Positions 62,008-64,000 of a DNA stretch of 64,000 bases are shown here, piece by piece (the stretch's first letter is position 1; every line of letters begins with the position of its first letter). Under the pieces are notes generated by a model. That model did no database searches. It was not told the DNA's origin and saw nothing but the letters and a program-made list of their open reading frames with translations. The position numbers and the translations under genes were made by a program. This stretch comes from Mobula hypostoma (taxonomy: Eukaryota). Where the stretch lies: contig NC_086097.1 in NCBI RefSeq assembly GCF_963921235.1, positions 176,640,001 to 176,704,000 of the forward strand. The letters are read 5' to 3'.

Positions 62008-62159
62008 TGCCCTGTCTCCCCTCTCTGTTTGGGACTGCTGTCTCTCTGTGAGCCATGTTAGCTGCTTTGTGGGTCACGCATGTTTGTTGTTTTTGTCTTG
62101 TACATTCTATTTCTCCTCTTTCTCAGTCTATGAGAGCACCTGTCTTACTCAGTGTGTCT

Positions 62160-63845
62160 ATCTCCAGAAGCAGCCCGTTTTCAGTGGAAGTGTTTGACAG
62201 GACAACAGCGGTGCAAATGCAGTAGAAGTTTCCTGTGCAGGTCCAGAGCACAGCTTGAAAAACCCAGTCTCCATAAAAGAGAGGTACTGCTGAGTGGAGC
62301 AGTCATTGTCGGAGTGGTCATCGTGGGAGTGGTCTGAGTCAGACTAATAAGGCTTTGGCAAGAACAGGCGGAGGCGAGGTTAGTAGGTATGTTTATTTCT
62401 CATTTCTTTTTTTCCTATTTACTTCTTGAATAAATACGGGGTATGTCTACAGGGCCAGTGTTGTGTTCTGAGTGTTAGATGTGGGATTTCCAGGAGACTT
62501 CCAGCCTCCCCAGTGGCCACATCTGCACCAGGTGCACTGAGATGCAGCTCCTCAGAGACAGTGTTAGGGAACTGGAGCTGCAGCTCGATGAAAATGAGGA
62601 GGTGATAGACAAGAAGGCATAGGCGGTGGTGTGGCTCTGTTGGCATGGGATGGAATTTAGAGAGAAGTGACATAGGGTCAAAGAACATCGAATCTTTGTG
62701 GGAAGAATTAAAAAACTGCAATGATAAAAAAACAGATATGGGAATCATATATTGGTCTCCAAGTAGTAGCCAAGATGTGGAGTTGAGATTGCAAAGGGAG
62801 CTGGAAAAGACATGTAACAAGGGTAATGTCACAATTGTAATGGAGAACTTCAATACACAAAGGAATTGGGAAAATTAGGTTGGTGTCAGATCGCAAGAGA
62901 TGGAATTTATTGAATGCCAATGAGATGGCTTTTTAGAGAAGCTTGAGCTTGATCCTATTTGGGGAGAGGCTATCTTAGATTCAGTGTTGTGTAATAATCC
63001 AGATTTTATTAGGGAGCTTAAGGTAAAGGAGCCCTTTGGAGCCTGTGATCATAATATGATTGAATTCATACTGCAATATGAGAGGAAGAAGCATAAGTCA
63101 TATTCATCACTATTGCAATGGAATAAATGTAATTAAAGAGGCATGAGAGAGGAGTTTGCCCAGGAGGATTGGAGGGGGACTCTGGCGGGGATGATTGCAG
63201 AGCAGAGGTGGTTGAAGTTTCTGGGAATAGCTCACTAGGTGCAGAATGTAAAAACAAGGAGATAATGCTGAAGCTTTATAAGACACTGGTCAGGCCGCAC
63301 TTGAAGTATTGTCAACAGTTTTGTGCCTCATATCTCAGAAAGGATGTGTTGTCATTGGAGAGAGCCCAGAGAAGGTGCACGAGAATGATTCTGGGAATAA
63401 AGGGATTAACATATGAGGAGCATTTGGCAGCTTTGGGCCTGTACTCACTGGAATTTAGAAGAATGCTGGGGTGTCTCGTTGAAACCTACTGAATGATGAA
63501 AGGACTAGATAGGGTGGATGTGCAGAGGATGTTTCCCATGGTCAAGGTATCCAGAACTAGAGGGCACAACCTCAAAATTGAGGGGTTACCTTTTAGAACA
63601 GAGGTAAGGAGGAATTTTTTTAGCCAGAGAGCAGTGAATCGGTGGAATGCTCGGCCACATGTTGCAATGGAGGCCAAGACCATAGGTATATTTAAAGCAA
63701 AAATTGGTACTTTCCTGATTGACCAAGGCATCAAAGGTTATGGCTAGAAGGCAGCTGTATGGAGTTAAGTGGGACCTGGGATCAGACATGATAGAATGGT
63801 GGAGCGGACTCGAATGGCCTAATTCTGCTTCTATGTTTTACGGTA
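62160..63845 (+). mobile_element. CR1 with 5' UTR, ORF1 start and two large internal deletions, to 3' tail
   Basis: MSTGPVLCSEC at ~62443; jumps to ESLWEEL (endonuclease) at ~62630 and to LYKTLVRPHLKYC at ~63240; RTRGHNLKI..RRNFFSQR. Confidence 0.85.
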
Positions 63846-64000
63846 TTATAGTACATTCGTTGTTTGGGCAGACCCAGAAACCTACAGGAAGCTGCACCAC
63901 CTCAATCTCAGATACCTGGGGCTAACTTCTCTCTGTCCTCATTGTTTCATCTCTTGCACTGGTAATGTAACTCACCTCTCCACTCATGGGCAAGGGTAGA

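Larger units (their letters stand above)
60022..62150 (-). mobile_element. Internally deleted gamma/epsilon-like endogenous retrovirus remnant (5' LTR not found)
   Basis: RNase H and integrase C-terminal remnants, ~1 kb unassigned sequence, PPT, 3' LTR. Confidence 0.75.

Noticed and set aside
1..64000. Prokaryotic systems (CRISPR arrays, operons, retrons, defence islands)
   Set aside because: No gene-dense ORFs or repeat-spacer arrays; all RT motifs belong to eukaryotic CR1, Rex1, Penelope or retroviral lineages

Overview
This is vertebrate nuclear DNA, not prokaryotic. The repeat repertoire suggests a cartilaginous fish, probably a ray or skate (inference from HE1/V-SINE-like SINEs and the CR1, Rex1/Babar and Penelope families present). 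Most of the window is a layered collection of decayed retroelements: many CR1 LINEs, Rex1/Babar-type LINE fragments and non-coding elements sharing their 3' tails, and several solo LTRs. It also holds a deleted gamma/epsilon-like endogenous retrovirus (60.0-62.1 kb), a Chapaev3-like DNA-transposon end, an 82-bp hAT-like MITE and Penelope-like (RT + GIY-YIG) elements. No intact protein-coding gene is recognisable, and nearly all ORFs in the supplied track are TE fragments or noise. A few small minus-strand segments in TE-free islands have good splice signals and may be exons of a large host gene (low confidence). The most notable structures are: (i) a near full-length Penelope element (43.3-47.1 kb) bracketed by two minimal hammerhead-ribozyme motifs, with further copies of the motif scattered through the window; (ii) a ~1-kb LTR-derived insert (56.6-57.6 kb) whose two ends are the same LTR end in inverted orientation yet share one 5-bp target-site duplication; (iii) the ERV remnant in which RNase H is joined to the integrase C-terminus. 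Family assignments come from motif recognition only. Coordinates of degraded repeats are approximate.
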